Below are positions 37,650-47,181 of a DNA stretch of 64,000 bases, piece by piece. The stretch is from Alphaproteobacteria bacterium (lineage in GTDB: Bacteria > Pseudomonadota > Alphaproteobacteria > RF32 > CAG-239), in contig JAFUSA010000008.1 of NCBI GenBank assembly GCA_017480745.1, positions 10,530 through 74,529 on the forward strand, in the 5' to 3' direction. Position numbers and translations under genes: made by a program. Positions within the stretch are counted from its first letter, which is position 1. Each line of letters starts with the position of its first letter. The notes below the pieces were generated by a model that searched no databases, was not told the origin of the DNA, and worked only from the letters and a program-made list of their open reading frames with translations.

Positions 37650-39670
37650 AAAAAATTTGGCGACATATTAAAAATTACGTAAGTGGTAATTTTTTAGCCG
37701 AACAATCACAATGGATTTCTATTTTTCCGTTTTTGTTTGCTTTGGGAATCTCTCTATATTTTGCTTTACCTTTTGAGCCTAATATATGGCTTAGCGTGGC
37801 AATTTTTGAAGGTTGCCTATTTTTAATTTATCATTATCGTATGCGTGGAGAATACATTTTGTTTATGGCTGTTTTGATAATAGTATGCGGCTTTATCAAC
37901 ATACAAGCGCATTCGCTTTATCAGTCCAAACACATTGAAAATATTAATGACAGAACCGTTACTTATCTTAAAGGACAAATCGCCGACATTAATCGCAGTG
38001 AAAAAGGCAAAGTACGCATATTACTTGCACATGCGGAAAATTATGACACTACCCTAAAAGGTAATTATCGCATAACATTAAGCAGTAAGACATCTGATTT
38101 GAAAATCGGGCAATGTGTGGAAACAGTGGCAACTTTATTTGCCCGTTCACCCATGCCTATATTGAACGGCTATCAAATAGACCGCAAAAATTTTTATGAA
38201 AATTTGAGTGCAATCGGTTATACTGACAGTGAGATCTTTGTTGTTGATTGCCCGCGTGAATATAGCGGTTATAATTTTAAGCAACGTTTGAATAGTTTGC
38301 GTAAAAATATTACGGATTATATAGCCAAAGTTCTACCGGCAAAAGAAGCCGGTATTGCTGATGCTTTGTTAGTTGGTGAAAAATCATTTATAGCACAAAA
38401 CACGATAGATAATTATCGCAATTCCGGTTTGGCGCATTTTCTTTCTGTTTCCGGCTTACATTTAGGAACTATTGCCGGATTGGTATTTTTTCTGATGCGA
38501 TTGATAATCGCCGGCATACCGTGGCTCTCTTTACGAATCGATGCCAAGAAAACGGCAGCTTTTTGCGCAATTATTTTCAGCTTTTTATACCTACTTATTT
38601 CAGGTATGGCCATACCTGCACAACGTGCTTTTATTATGACTTCGGTAGTTTTATTAGGAGTTATCTGCAACCGACAAGCCATATCGCTGAGAATGGTATG
38701 TTTTGCTGCAATGGTAATATTGATTATCTCGCCGCAAGCACTAATATCTATAAGCTTCCAAATGTCTTTTGCTGCCGTATTCGCTTTGGTGGCATTTTAT
38801 GAGCGATATTCCGCAAAATTAGCGCGTCTATCAGCGACGAATAACTTTTTTGCCAAAATTCTTTGGTATTTATGTGGAATTATTATTTGTGATTTTATCG
38901 CCAGTTTAGCAACAACCCCGTTTGCCTTGTATCATTTTCATCGGGTAGCTGTCTATACAAGCTTAGGTAATTTATTAGCCGGTCCGCTGATAGGACTTTG
39001 GTTGATGCCGGCAGTATTATTATGTTTGGCCGCATTACCGTTAGGGTTGGCAGAATATCCGCTTAAACTGTTGGGTTTAGGTATTGGTATCTTAAATAAC
39101 ATAACCGCTTTTGTGGCAAATTTACCACATAGCGTGTGGCAAAGCTCGGCTTTATCTTTTGGTGGATTTATTTTGATAATCATCGGCGGATATTGGCTGT
39201 GTATTTGGCAAAGAAAATGGCGTAAATTGGGATTGATAGCAATTTTTGCCGGTATTATTTCTATGTTTGGTAACCATACAAAACCTGATGTTGTTATAGC
39301 TCCTAAGGCGCAGAATATTGCCGTAAGAGATAATGAAGGTAATTTACTTATGATCGCCGGCGCATCCGATAGTTGGCTTAAAAGTGTTTGGCAAGAAAAT
39401 TTGGATTTGATAGAACAAAACAGGCAACAAAAAAATAAAATATTGCGAGCTTTGCGAAATCAAACTCCCATGCCTGAAAATTTGCCGATAAAATGCACAA
39501 ACAATATGTGCACATATAAAGAATATCTGCGCTTTGATAATTTGGGAAATGTTTGGTTAAATGGTGAGAAAATAAACACGATATCCGGTGGATATGTTTA
39601 TTTACAAAACGGGGGTTATTGGTATCCGCTTTGGCAAAATAATTGTCGTATTTGGCGTGGTTGTGAATAA
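37646..39670 (+). CDS. comEC: ComEC/Rec2-family DNA internalisation channel protein (no metallo-beta-lactamase domain)
   Basis: DUF4131-like N-terminal TM block and competence domain GLAHFLSVSGLHLG. ATGA overlap with lpxB. Confidence 0.7.
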   Translation: MKKIWRHIKNYVSGNFLAEQSQWISIFPFLFALGISLYFALPFEPNIWLSVAIFEGCLFLIYHYRMRGEYILFMAVLIIVCGFINIQAHSLYQSKHIENINDRTVTYLKGQIADINRSEKGKVRILLAHAENYDTTLKGNYRITLSSKTSDLKIGQCVETVATLFARSPMPILNGYQIDRKNFYENLSAIGYTDSEIFVVDCPREYSGYNFKQRLNSLRKNITDYIAKVLPAKEAGIADALLVGEKSFIAQNTIDNYRNSGLAHFLSVSGLHLGTIAGLVFFLMRLIIAGIPWLSLRIDAKKTAAFCAIIFSFLYLLISGMAIPAQRAFIMTSVVLLGVICNRQAISLRMVCFAAMVILIISPQALISISFQMSFAAVFALVAFYERYSAKLARLSATNNFFAKILWYLCGIIICDFIASLATTPFALYHFHRVAVYTSLGNLLAGPLIGLWLMPAVLLCLAALPLGLAEYPLKLLGLGIGILNNITAFVANLPHSVWQSSALSFGGFILIIIGGYWLCIWQRKWRKLGLIAIFAGIISMFGNHTKPDVVIAPKAQNIAVRDNEGNLLMIAGASDSWLKSVWQENLDLIEQNRQQKNKILRALRNQTPMPENLPIKCTNNMCTYKEYLRFDNLGNVWLNGEKINTISGGYVYLQNGGYWYPLWQNNCRIWRGCE

Positions 39671-39725
39671 AAAACAGCAGATACTTGCTAAATTATATGT
39701 GTTTTTATATAAGTATCTTGTTCTG

Positions 39726-39798
39726 CGGATGTAATTCAATGGTAGAATAGAAGCTTCCCAAGCTTATAACGGGGGTTCGATTCCCCTCATCCGCTCCA
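39726..39798 (+). tRNA. tRNA-Gly (anticodon CCC)
   Basis: GCGGATG acceptor, anticodon loop TTCCCAA, GGGGGTTCGATTCCCCT T-arm, CCA encoded. Terminator 39806..39833. Confidence 0.85.
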
Positions 39799-39872
39799 AT
39801 AACACAAAAAGCACCGTTTTCGGTGTTTTTTTGCGTTATTTAGGACTAAGTATTGAATCGAAACCCCGTTTA
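39781..39872 (+). repeat. direct repeat copy 1: tRNA-Gly 3' end (18 nt) + terminator + 60 nt downstream
   Basis: 92 bp; 2 mismatches versus 40013..40104. Confidence 0.8.
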
Positions 39873-40012
39873 ACGGGGGCCGGAGAAAAAAAATTGCTTC
39901 GGTGAAGCAATTTTTAACGACGGGCGAAGTGAACGAGCTGAGTAAGCAAGCGAAAGCGCCGCGCAACGAAACCGAGAACGAGTGACCGAAGCAAGCGTAG
40001 CGATGTAAGAAA

Positions 40013-40104
40013 ATTCCCCTCATCCGCTCCAATAACACAAAAAGCACCGTTCACGGTGTTTTTTTGCGTTATTTAGGACTAAGTATTGAATCGAAACCCC
40101 GTTT
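40013..40104 (+). repeat. direct repeat copy 2 (att-like duplicate of tRNA-Gly 3' end)
   Basis: Seen by eye; separated from copy 1 by a 140-bp GC-richer segment. Confidence 0.8.
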
Positions 40105-40132
40105 TTTATAACAGATTTTTTTACAATTTTAT

Positions 40133-40519
40133 TTGACTTTTAGATTTTTTATGGTAGTATAGAAACAGAACTTCGGTTCGGGGCTTTAGCAAGCTCTTAT
40201 TAACCTCGGTGTTTTTTAACATCGTCAAAAAATATGATGAATATCTCCCAACATGGTTGGGAAGCCTGTGATGGATGTACAAGGAATAATCCCAAAGGTT
40301 GCAGGAATCATTTAGGTTAATATGATTTGCTAACTTCCCGGCCGCCGTTTGGCGGTTTTTTCGTTATAAAATAACCATTACTCCGGTTATTTTTAAGGAA
40401 AGAACCACAGAGCAAGTGACCGAAGCGTAATTAGCGATTGCCAAGCGTTAGAGTAGGCAGAGCTTATGAAGCAAGAAGTTTTTTACTAATAGATATTTCT
40501 CAAGAAAGGAGATAAAATA
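40133..40519 (+). promoter_or_regulatory. class-A pilin-cassette promoter + leader, with ~150-nt extra segment between the terminator hairpin (40337..40361) and the SD
   Basis: Matches the other class-A leaders. The extra segment contains AGTGACCGAAGCGTAATTAGCGATTG, related to GAGTGACCGAAGCAAGCGTAGCGATG at 39986. Confidence 0.7.
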
Positions 40520-41230
40520 ATGAAAAAAATAAATAATCAAAATGGTCGTTCGATGATAGAAATGTTGGGTGTGTTGGCTATAATCGGTGTTTTGTCGGTT
40601 GGTGGAATCGCCGGATATTCCAAAGCCATGATGAAGTATCGTATTAACAAAACTATTGAGCAAATAACACTTATTGCCGGTAATGTGCGTGCATTTTTTG
40701 CTTCGCAAAAAAATTATGATGGTTTAGATTCTGCCAACGTAGGTAGTGATAATGGTTTAGCGCTAATTAAAAAAGCTAAATTGGTAAATGAAGAAATGAT
40801 TGATGAAAATAATGAAATTGTTGATGAAGATTTATCTCACACTCATCATATCTTTAATTCATTCGGAGGTGGTGTTGCATTGTGGGACGATTATCAAGGA
40901 ACTGCCAATGTCCCAGGAACCCCTCATACTAAATATTTTCAGATTATATATTTTCGTTTACCACAAGAGGTATGTATAGAATTGGTAACTCAAAATTGGA
41001 GTAATTCGGCCATGGGTTTGAAAGTATTGATTATAAATTCTAAGGAAGAGCTTGATGAATTTGGCAATGTAAAGGATTCGTGTTCAGATAACAATGGTTT
41101 AATAAACGGTACTAAGACAATTGCCTGCCCGAATGGAAAAACTGTACCGATTCCGGTACCGTTGGATATAGCAGTTGATGCTTGCAATTGTCCAAATAAT
41201 GACTGCACCATTATATGGGGATTTAAATAA
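40520..41230 (+). CDS. type IV pilin-like protein, paralog 5
   Basis: MKKINNQNGRS|MIEML...; KKAKLVNEEM; PQEVCIELVTQNW; C-terminal DACNCPNNDC. Confidence 0.7.
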   Translation: MKKINNQNGRSMIEMLGVLAIIGVLSVGGIAGYSKAMMKYRINKTIEQITLIAGNVRAFFASQKNYDGLDSANVGSDNGLALIKKAKLVNEEMIDENNEIVDEDLSHTHHIFNSFGGGVALWDDYQGTANVPGTPHTKYFQIIYFRLPQEVCIELVTQNWSNSAMGLKVLIINSKEELDEFGNVKDSCSDNNGLINGTKTIACPNGKTVPIPVPLDIAVDACNCPNNDCTIIWGFK

Positions 41231-41246
41231 AAAAAATAAAAGAAAA

Positions 41247-41276
41247 CCGCCGGCTCAGATGAGTCGGCGGTTTTAT
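41247..41276 (+). terminator. conserved cassette terminator CCGCCGGCTCAGATGAGTCGGCGG + TTTTAT
   Basis: Same hairpin as at 13675 and 47135. Confidence 0.65.
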
Positions 41277-41292
41277 AACTAATCAGAAAATC

Positions 41293-43896
41293 TTACAACT
41301 TAAAATCAGTTACACCTTCATAGGCATAGCGATACATTTGTTCAATTTCCTTAAACAACGGATAGCGTGGGTTGGCTCCGGTACATTGGTCATCAAAGGC
41401 CAATTCCGGCAAAGTCTTCATTGCTTCTTCCCAAGCTTTTTCATCAATACCCCAATCTTTAATAGACATCGGAATATTGAGTGCCTTTTTCATTTCTTGC
41501 AAAGCATTGATTAAATTATCAACGGCTTCATCATCTGTCGCACCACTCAAACCGATACCGCGAGCAAACGCTGCATAAGCGGCTTTGGTGTCAGGATAGC
41601 GATATTGCGGGAATGTTGCTTGCTTAGCCGGACAGTCGTTAGAGTTATAACGAATTACCTGACAAATTAACAAAGCGTTGGCAATACCATGCGGAACATG
41701 GAATGCGGCTCCCAACTTGTGCGCCATCGAGTGACATACACCCAAGAAAGCATTGGCAAAAGCCATACCGGCAATAGTTGCAGCGTGGTGAACTTTTTCA
41801 CGCGCGCTAAATTCGGCTGTTTCATATGATTTTACTAAATTTTCGTAAATCAAACGACCGGCTTCAACCGATAAACCACGTGTGTAATCATTAGCCATGC
41901 AGGAAACATACGATTCCAAAGCATGTGTCATAACGTCAATACCTGATGCGGCACATAAACCCTTAGGCATAGTCAATACTAAATCAGTATCAACAATAGC
42001 CATGGTAGGAGTTAAGGCATAATCAGCGATAGCATATTTTACACCGGTTGAATCATCGGTAATAATGGCAAACGGAGTAACTTCCGAACCGGTACCCGAA
42101 GTAGTCGGAATAGCAACCATTTCAGATTTCAATCCCATCGGCGGAAATTCGAAAATACGTTTACGAATATCCATAAAGCGACGCGCTAAATCTTCAAACT
42201 TCAATTCCGGATGTTCATACATCAACCACAAAATTTTAGCAGCATCCATCGGCGAACCGCCACCCAACGCAATAAATACATCTGGTTCAAACGAAAGCAC
42301 CATATCGCGAGCTTTATTGATGGTTGTTAAGTCCGGATCCGGTTTAACGTCGCTGAAAATACGGTATTGAATGCCGATTCCGTCAAGAATATCGGTAATT
42401 TTTTTGGTGTATCCCAAATCAAACAACGGTTTATCGGTAATAATGAAAGCTTTTTTGCGTCCGCTCAATTCTTTCAAAGCAAAAGATAAACACCCCGGCT
42501 TGAAATAAATTTTCGGCGGAACTTTGAACCACAACATATTTTCTTCACGTTTAGCCACAGATTTAATATTCATAAGATGTTTTACTCCTACATTTTCACT
42601 AACGGAATTACCGCCCCAAGAACCGCAACCCAAAGTTAATGACGGCTCCAATCTAAAATTATAAATATCACCGATTGCACCTTGCGCAGAAGGGCAATTA
42701 ATCATAACACGACCGGTTGGCATGGTATCGCCATATAATTTAATACGGTCATCGTTGCGCGGGTTGGTATATAAAACAGAAGTGTGTCCGGCACCGGCAA
42801 ACAAAACAAGCTCTTTGGCTTTGCCCATAGCATCTTCAAAATCTTTGGCTCGATACATTGCCAAACAAGGCGAAAGTTTTTCAAACGAGAAAGGTTCTTC
42901 CTTGCCGATTTTTTCCACTTCTGCAATTAAAACTTTGGCATTTTCATTGATTTTCAAGCCGGCCATTTCCGCAATTTTAGCGGCTTTTTGACCAACAATG
43001 GCTGAGTTTAATTTACCGTCTTGCACAATGGTTGCAGAAACTTTGGCGCGTTCTTTTTCGTTCAAAATATATGCACCGCGTTTCAAGAATTCCGCTTTAA
43101 CGGCATCATAAATGCTATCAACTATAATAACCGATTGCTCCGAAGCGCAAATCATACCATTATCAAATGTTTTAGACATTAGAATAGAGCTTACCGCCAT
43201 TTGAATATCGGCAGTTTCATCTATTACCGCCGGAGTGTTACCCGGTCCCACACCGATAGATGGAGTTCCGGAAGAATAAGCAGATTTAACCATTCCCGGC
43301 CCACCGGTTGCCAAAATCAAATCAGATTGTTGCATTAAATATTGAGTGCGCAACAAGCTTGGCTCATCAATCCAGCCGATAATATCTTCCGGCGCACCGG
43401 CTTTAACCGCTTCTTGCAATAAAATACGAGCGGTTTCAATAGTGCATTTTTTGGCACGCGGGTGTGGTGAAAAGATAATTCCGTTACGTGTTTTCAAAGC
43501 AATCAATGTTTTGAAAATAACGGTTGATGTTGGGTTTGTTGTCGGAATAACGCCGGCGATAACCCCTATCGGCTCGGCAAATTTGAGCATTCCGTTTTCT
43601 TTATCATCTTCAATAACACCGCAAGTTTTGGTATTTTTAAATTTGTTATAAATATATTCGGAAGCAAAGTGATTTTTTATAACCTTATCTTCGGCAACGC
43701 CCATGCCGGTTTCTTCAACTGCCATCTTGGCCAAAGGTATTCTGAGCGAGCTGGCTTTAAGAGCCACACGACGAAAAATTTCATCAACCTGTTCCTGAGT
43801 ATATGTTGCAAATTTTTTCTGCGCATCACCGGTCTTTTTAATCAATCCGGCAATGTATTCGTATTCCTGTTTTTCATCAACTGGTGTATTTTCCAT
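41293..43896 (-). CDS. adhE: bifunctional acetaldehyde-CoA/alcohol dehydrogenase AdhE
   Basis: 867 aa. N-terminal ALDH domain (catalytic Cys in GMICASEQS) and C-terminal Fe-ADH domain (GGGSPMDAAK, His cluster). Confidence 0.9.
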   Translation of the reverse strand: MENTPVDEKQEYEYIAGLIKKTGDAQKKFATYTQEQVDEIFRRVALKASSLRIPLAKMAVEETGMGVAEDKVIKNHFASEYIYNKFKNTKTCGVIEDDKENGMLKFAEPIGVIAGVIPTTNPTSTVIFKTLIALKTRNGIIFSPHPRAKKCTIETARILLQEAVKAGAPEDIIGWIDEPSLLRTQYLMQQSDLILATGGPGMVKSAYSSGTPSIGVGPGNTPAVIDETADIQMAVSSILMSKTFDNGMICASEQSVIIVDSIYDAVKAEFLKRGAYILNEKERAKVSATIVQDGKLNSAIVGQKAAKIAEMAGLKINENAKVLIAEVEKIGKEEPFSFEKLSPCLAMYRAKDFEDAMGKAKELVLFAGAGHTSVLYTNPRNDDRIKLYGDTMPTGRVMINCPSAQGAIGDIYNFRLEPSLTLGCGSWGGNSVSENVGVKHLMNIKSVAKREENMLWFKVPPKIYFKPGCLSFALKELSGRKKAFIITDKPLFDLGYTKKITDILDGIGIQYRIFSDVKPDPDLTTINKARDMVLSFEPDVFIALGGGSPMDAAKILWLMYEHPELKFEDLARRFMDIRKRIFEFPPMGLKSEMVAIPTTSGTGSEVTPFAIITDDSTGVKYAIADYALTPTMAIVDTDLVLTMPKGLCAASGIDVMTHALESYVSCMANDYTRGLSVEAGRLIYENLVKSYETAEFSAREKVHHAATIAGMAFANAFLGVCHSMAHKLGAAFHVPHGIANALLICQVIRYNSNDCPAKQATFPQYRYPDTKAAYAAFARGIGLSGATDDEAVDNLINALQEMKKALNIPMSIKDWGIDEKAWEEAMKTLPELAFDDQCTGANPRYPLFKEIEQMYRYAYEGVTDFKL

Positions 43897-44065
43897 TATT
43901 TCCTCCTAACACAAACTGCAATGTAATATAAAGTATTATTTTGCAATTAAAACTGTTTTTTTGCGCTTATTCATCACATTTTATTTCTATTTATAACATA
44001 CCCTATTGAAAAATTTAAATCTATGTGTATATTGGTTGAGGTAATCAACATTAAGGAGAACATAT

Positions 44066-44452
44066 ATGAAATTTAAGCTTTTATCTTGCTTGGCAGCCAC
44101 CGGAATTTTATTCAGTGCATTTGGAGCAGTTGCCGGCAACAGCCAAAATATGAACAGCGGTAATAAACCGATAAGTCATGTCAGTGATATTAAAAATATG
44201 CCTGATGATACAATGGTATATATTCAAGGTTATTTAACACAAAATAACGGCGGTGAAATGTATACTTTTCAGGATGATTCCGGAACATTGATGGTAGAAA
44301 TTGACGACGATTTAATGCAGCCTAATATGAATTTGCCGACAACAATGGTATGGATTGCCGCAGAAGTTGATCGCGACGGTGATGTAGTTTCTTTGGATGC
44401 CGAGGAAATTCAGATTTTGCCGGAACAAAGCACACAAGCAAGTGCAAAATAA
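44066..44452 (+). CDS. YgiW/BOF-family periplasmic OB-fold protein
   Basis: Signal peptide; VYIQGYLTQNNGGEMYTFQDDSGTLMVEIDDD pattern. Confidence 0.55.
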   Translation: MKFKLLSCLAATGILFSAFGAVAGNSQNMNSGNKPISHVSDIKNMPDDTMVYIQGYLTQNNGGEMYTFQDDSGTLMVEIDDDLMQPNMNLPTTMVWIAAEVDRDGDVVSLDAEEIQILPEQSTQASAK

Positions 44453-44489
44453 TTCTTTGTGAATATTCTAAGAAAAGCTAAAAGCCTAT

Positions 44490-44855
44490 TTATGAAAAAT
44501 AGGCTTTTAATTTAGAAAAGATTTTTGGAGCATGAATGCAGATTAATTTGAGTATTCCGGCAGAAACATACAAAACATCAACATACATCAAAAACACGAA
44601 CCAACAAACAAATATTATCCTGAGTTGATTTTCCTCACTGTGCCAACATATAAATATGCTGCACAAAACGGTTATTACCAACAAAACACGGCAAAAAAAC
44701 TGTATTTTACGGTGTTTTGGGTAGTTCAGAACTTTGTATTGAGCCATAGGAAGTGTCAAGTTCTGAAAAACAACTTCTGTGAGTGTTATAATCGTTAATA
44801 ACACAACACATATCCAAAACGGATAGTCAACCAATAATTCTTTATACATACGCAA
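44490..44855 (-). CDS. hypothetical membrane protein
   Basis: 121-aa ORF with 3 predicted TM helices; weak. Confidence 0.3.
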   Translation of the reverse strand: MRMYKELLVDYPFWICVVLLTIITLTEVVFQNLTLPMAQYKVLNYPKHRKIQFFCRVLLVITVLCSIFICWHSEENQLRIIFVCWFVFLMYVDVLYVSAGILKLICIHAPKIFSKLKAYFS

Positions 44856-45009
44856 TTATTTTTAAATGATAAAACTTTATGTGGGCGTATCTAACCTAAA
44901 AAATGTCGTAAAACAACATTTTTTTGCACTTTATGAAGAAAAATATATTGACATAATTGCCAAAACAGAGTAAAAAGGAGATATGTAAAACCTAATTTAT
45001 ATACATATT

Positions 45010-45537
45010 ATGAATAAATTTAGTAAGTTGTTGAGAAAGGACGTTCAGATGCGGACTTCTCATTTATGGATGGTCGGTTTGGGAATAGTGATAGCCCTCG
45101 GTTTTCTGGTAAATTGCGGAATTGCCCCTTTTATGCCGGAATGTAACCCGATTGACCAGTGGGAGCTCATTCTTGCTGCTGGCATTATTTCCGGATTAGG
45201 CGCTTTTCGTCAATGGGCGCTCATGCGCTTCAAGTATTTCGACGATTTCAGTATAGAAACAAAATCTGGAGAACCAAAGGATTTTGAAAACACGAAAGAC
45301 GGCGAAAAAGTTCTGCGAGATCGACTATGGGTGCCGTGTATCGGCTGGTTTTTAGTCATAGGATATGCTGTAAATATGCTGATTATTCCATTCTTTCACG
45401 ATGTTCGTCCTGTAAGTTGGAGTTTTCTGCAAGCATCAATTAGCCTATTCCTGCTCATTTCCGGCGGACGCGAATATTTGATATATTCACATCATTCCGG
45501 AAGTAAGGAGGTTGAAACAGGAAGCAATCCCGATTAA
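45010..45537 (+). CDS. hypothetical membrane protein (GC-richer than surroundings)
   Basis: 175-aa ORF, 4 hydrophobic helices; composition shift visible. Confidence 0.35.
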   Translation: MNKFSKLLRKDVQMRTSHLWMVGLGIVIALGFLVNCGIAPFMPECNPIDQWELILAAGIISGLGAFRQWALMRFKYFDDFSIETKSGEPKDFENTKDGEKVLRDRLWVPCIGWFLVIGYAVNMLIIPFFHDVRPVSWSFLQASISLFLLISGGREYLIYSHHSGSKEVETGSNPD

Positions 45538-45616
45538 ATCTCTTTCGGCGGCAGGTAATCCAATAGGGAGAGCTTGCTGCCGTTACTACGTTAAACCTTT
45601 TTAATACTCAAAACTT

Positions 45617-46009
45617 ATGGATTTTATTATTTTACTTTGGACTGATTGGGTTGTTCGCCTGATTACTTTGCTTGGCAGTGCCATCGGTATGGTTTTTGCA
45701 TCTGTCTTATACAAAAGACGTGCAAATGACAAGCAACAGATTTACCTGCAACACGTTCCCAATGAGATGGTTATGCAAAATGTTTGCCGAATAATGTATG
45801 CGATAGCGCTTTTTCTGTGTATGTATATAAGTGTTGATTGGAGCGAAAGCGCAATTTCCGGATACAATACGGTCGCTCAAACCCTGATCGGAATCGGTGG
45901 CGGCTTTGTATTGATGCACATTGTGTTGGCGATTTTTTTGGTGGGTTTCTATGTTTTTTTGAAGTTAGTTCACACGATTATAGAGCTTTCTGAAGACCCC
46001 GAAACTTGA
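45617..46009 (+). CDS. hypothetical membrane protein (GC-richer)
   Basis: 130-aa ORF, 3 TM helices. Followed by bidirectional terminator 46022..46064. Confidence 0.35.
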   Translation: MDFIILLWTDWVVRLITLLGSAIGMVFASVLYKRRANDKQQIYLQHVPNEMVMQNVCRIMYAIALFLCMYISVDWSESAISGYNTVAQTLIGIGGGFVLMHIVLAIFLVGFYVFLKLVHTIIELSEDPET

Positions 46010-46081
46010 CCACCTTAATTTGAAAAAAAAAGACTGTTTCCATGCTGAAACAGTCTTTTTTTATAGCAAAAAATTTTTTAT

Positions 46082-46350
46082 TTGACTTTTAGATTCTTTA
46101 TGATATAGTAGAAACAGAACTTCGGTTCGGAGCTCTGAAAAGCTCTTAAATACTTCGGTGTTTTAGATAATACCGTGAAAGTGATATAAAAATATCTCCC
46201 GAAAAGGTCGGGAAGCTCGTAACGGATGTTCAGAGCTTTTAGCTCAAAGGTTGCGAGAGTCATTCAAGTATTTATGATTTTTCAGCTCTCCCGACCGCTA
46301 TTTGGCGGTCATGTTTTTAATGTATAACTATTAGCAAAGGAGATAAATTT
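46082..46350 (+). promoter_or_regulatory. class-A pilin-cassette promoter + structured leader
   Basis: Same architecture, with hairpin GACCGCTATTTGGCGGTC + ATGTTTTT before the SD AAAGGAGATAAA. Confidence 0.7.
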
Positions 46351-47118
46351 ATGATAAACTTAGAAATAAAAAATATAAAGAGTCATCCCTCGCTGAGCCT
46401 TGCCAAGGCGAAAGCGTCAAGGGATCTTCAAATTAATTTTAATCAAGCGGAAGATGCCTTGACGATTCCTGCGGAATCAAAGCATGACTATAAGTGTGGC
46501 TCCGCCACACAGAGCGGAAGAAGCATGATAGAGATGTTGGGCGTTCTTGCAATAATCGGTGTTTTATCGGTTGGTGGAATCGCCGGATATTCCAAAGCGA
46601 TGATGAAGTATCGTATTAACAAAACTATTGAACAAATCACTTTAATTGCCGGTAATGTGCGTGCTTTTTGGGGACCACAGGGAAATTATAATGGTTTCTA
46701 TTGTGATTGTTCAAGTGAAAGTTATGATTTTTGCTCAGGTCAAGCAAATAATGATGGTTGTCCTATAATTAAAAAAGCCAAATTATTGCCGGATGAAATG
46801 CTGACTATTGATAGCACAACAGGCAAAATTACCAATATTACCAACGCGTTTGGCGGATTATTGTGGACAAAAGATCTCAATTATGGAGGATTTATATTGG
46901 AATTTCGAGATATTCCAACAGAAGCCTGCATTGATATCATTACACAAAATTGGAAAGATGTAAAAGTAGAAAATATAGGGGTAGCAAATGGAGCCGGACG
47001 GCCTGATGTAAGCGCAACGCCGATTGACATAGACACAGCCATTAATTTATGTCAACATGGTGATCATAATAATTTACATTTTCAAGTAGAAAGTAAGGAT
47101 ACGAGTTGGTTGGATTAA
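46351..47118 (+). CDS. type IV pilin-like protein, paralog 6 (62-aa leader peptide)
   Basis: MINLEIKNIK...ATQSGRS|MIEML..; CDCSSESYDFCSGQANNDGCPIIKKAKLLPDEM; PTEACIDIITQNW; C-terminal NLCQHG. Confidence 0.7.
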   Translation: MINLEIKNIKSHPSLSLAKAKASRDLQINFNQAEDALTIPAESKHDYKCGSATQSGRSMIEMLGVLAIIGVLSVGGIAGYSKAMMKYRINKTIEQITLIAGNVRAFWGPQGNYNGFYCDCSSESYDFCSGQANNDGCPIIKKAKLLPDEMLTIDSTTGKITNITNAFGGLLWTKDLNYGGFILEFRDIPTEACIDIITQNWKDVKVENIGVANGAGRPDVSATPIDIDTAINLCQHGDHNNLHFQVESKDTSWLD

Positions 47119-47134
47119 ATAATCTATTAAATAT

Positions 47135-47166
47135 CCGCCGGCTCTAATGAGTCGGCGGTTTTTAAT
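47135..47166 (+). terminator. conserved cassette terminator CCGCCGGCTCTAATGAGTCGGCGG + TTTTTAAT
   Basis: Third copy of the same hairpin. Confidence 0.65.
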
Positions 47167-47181
47167 AAATCGCAAAAATTT

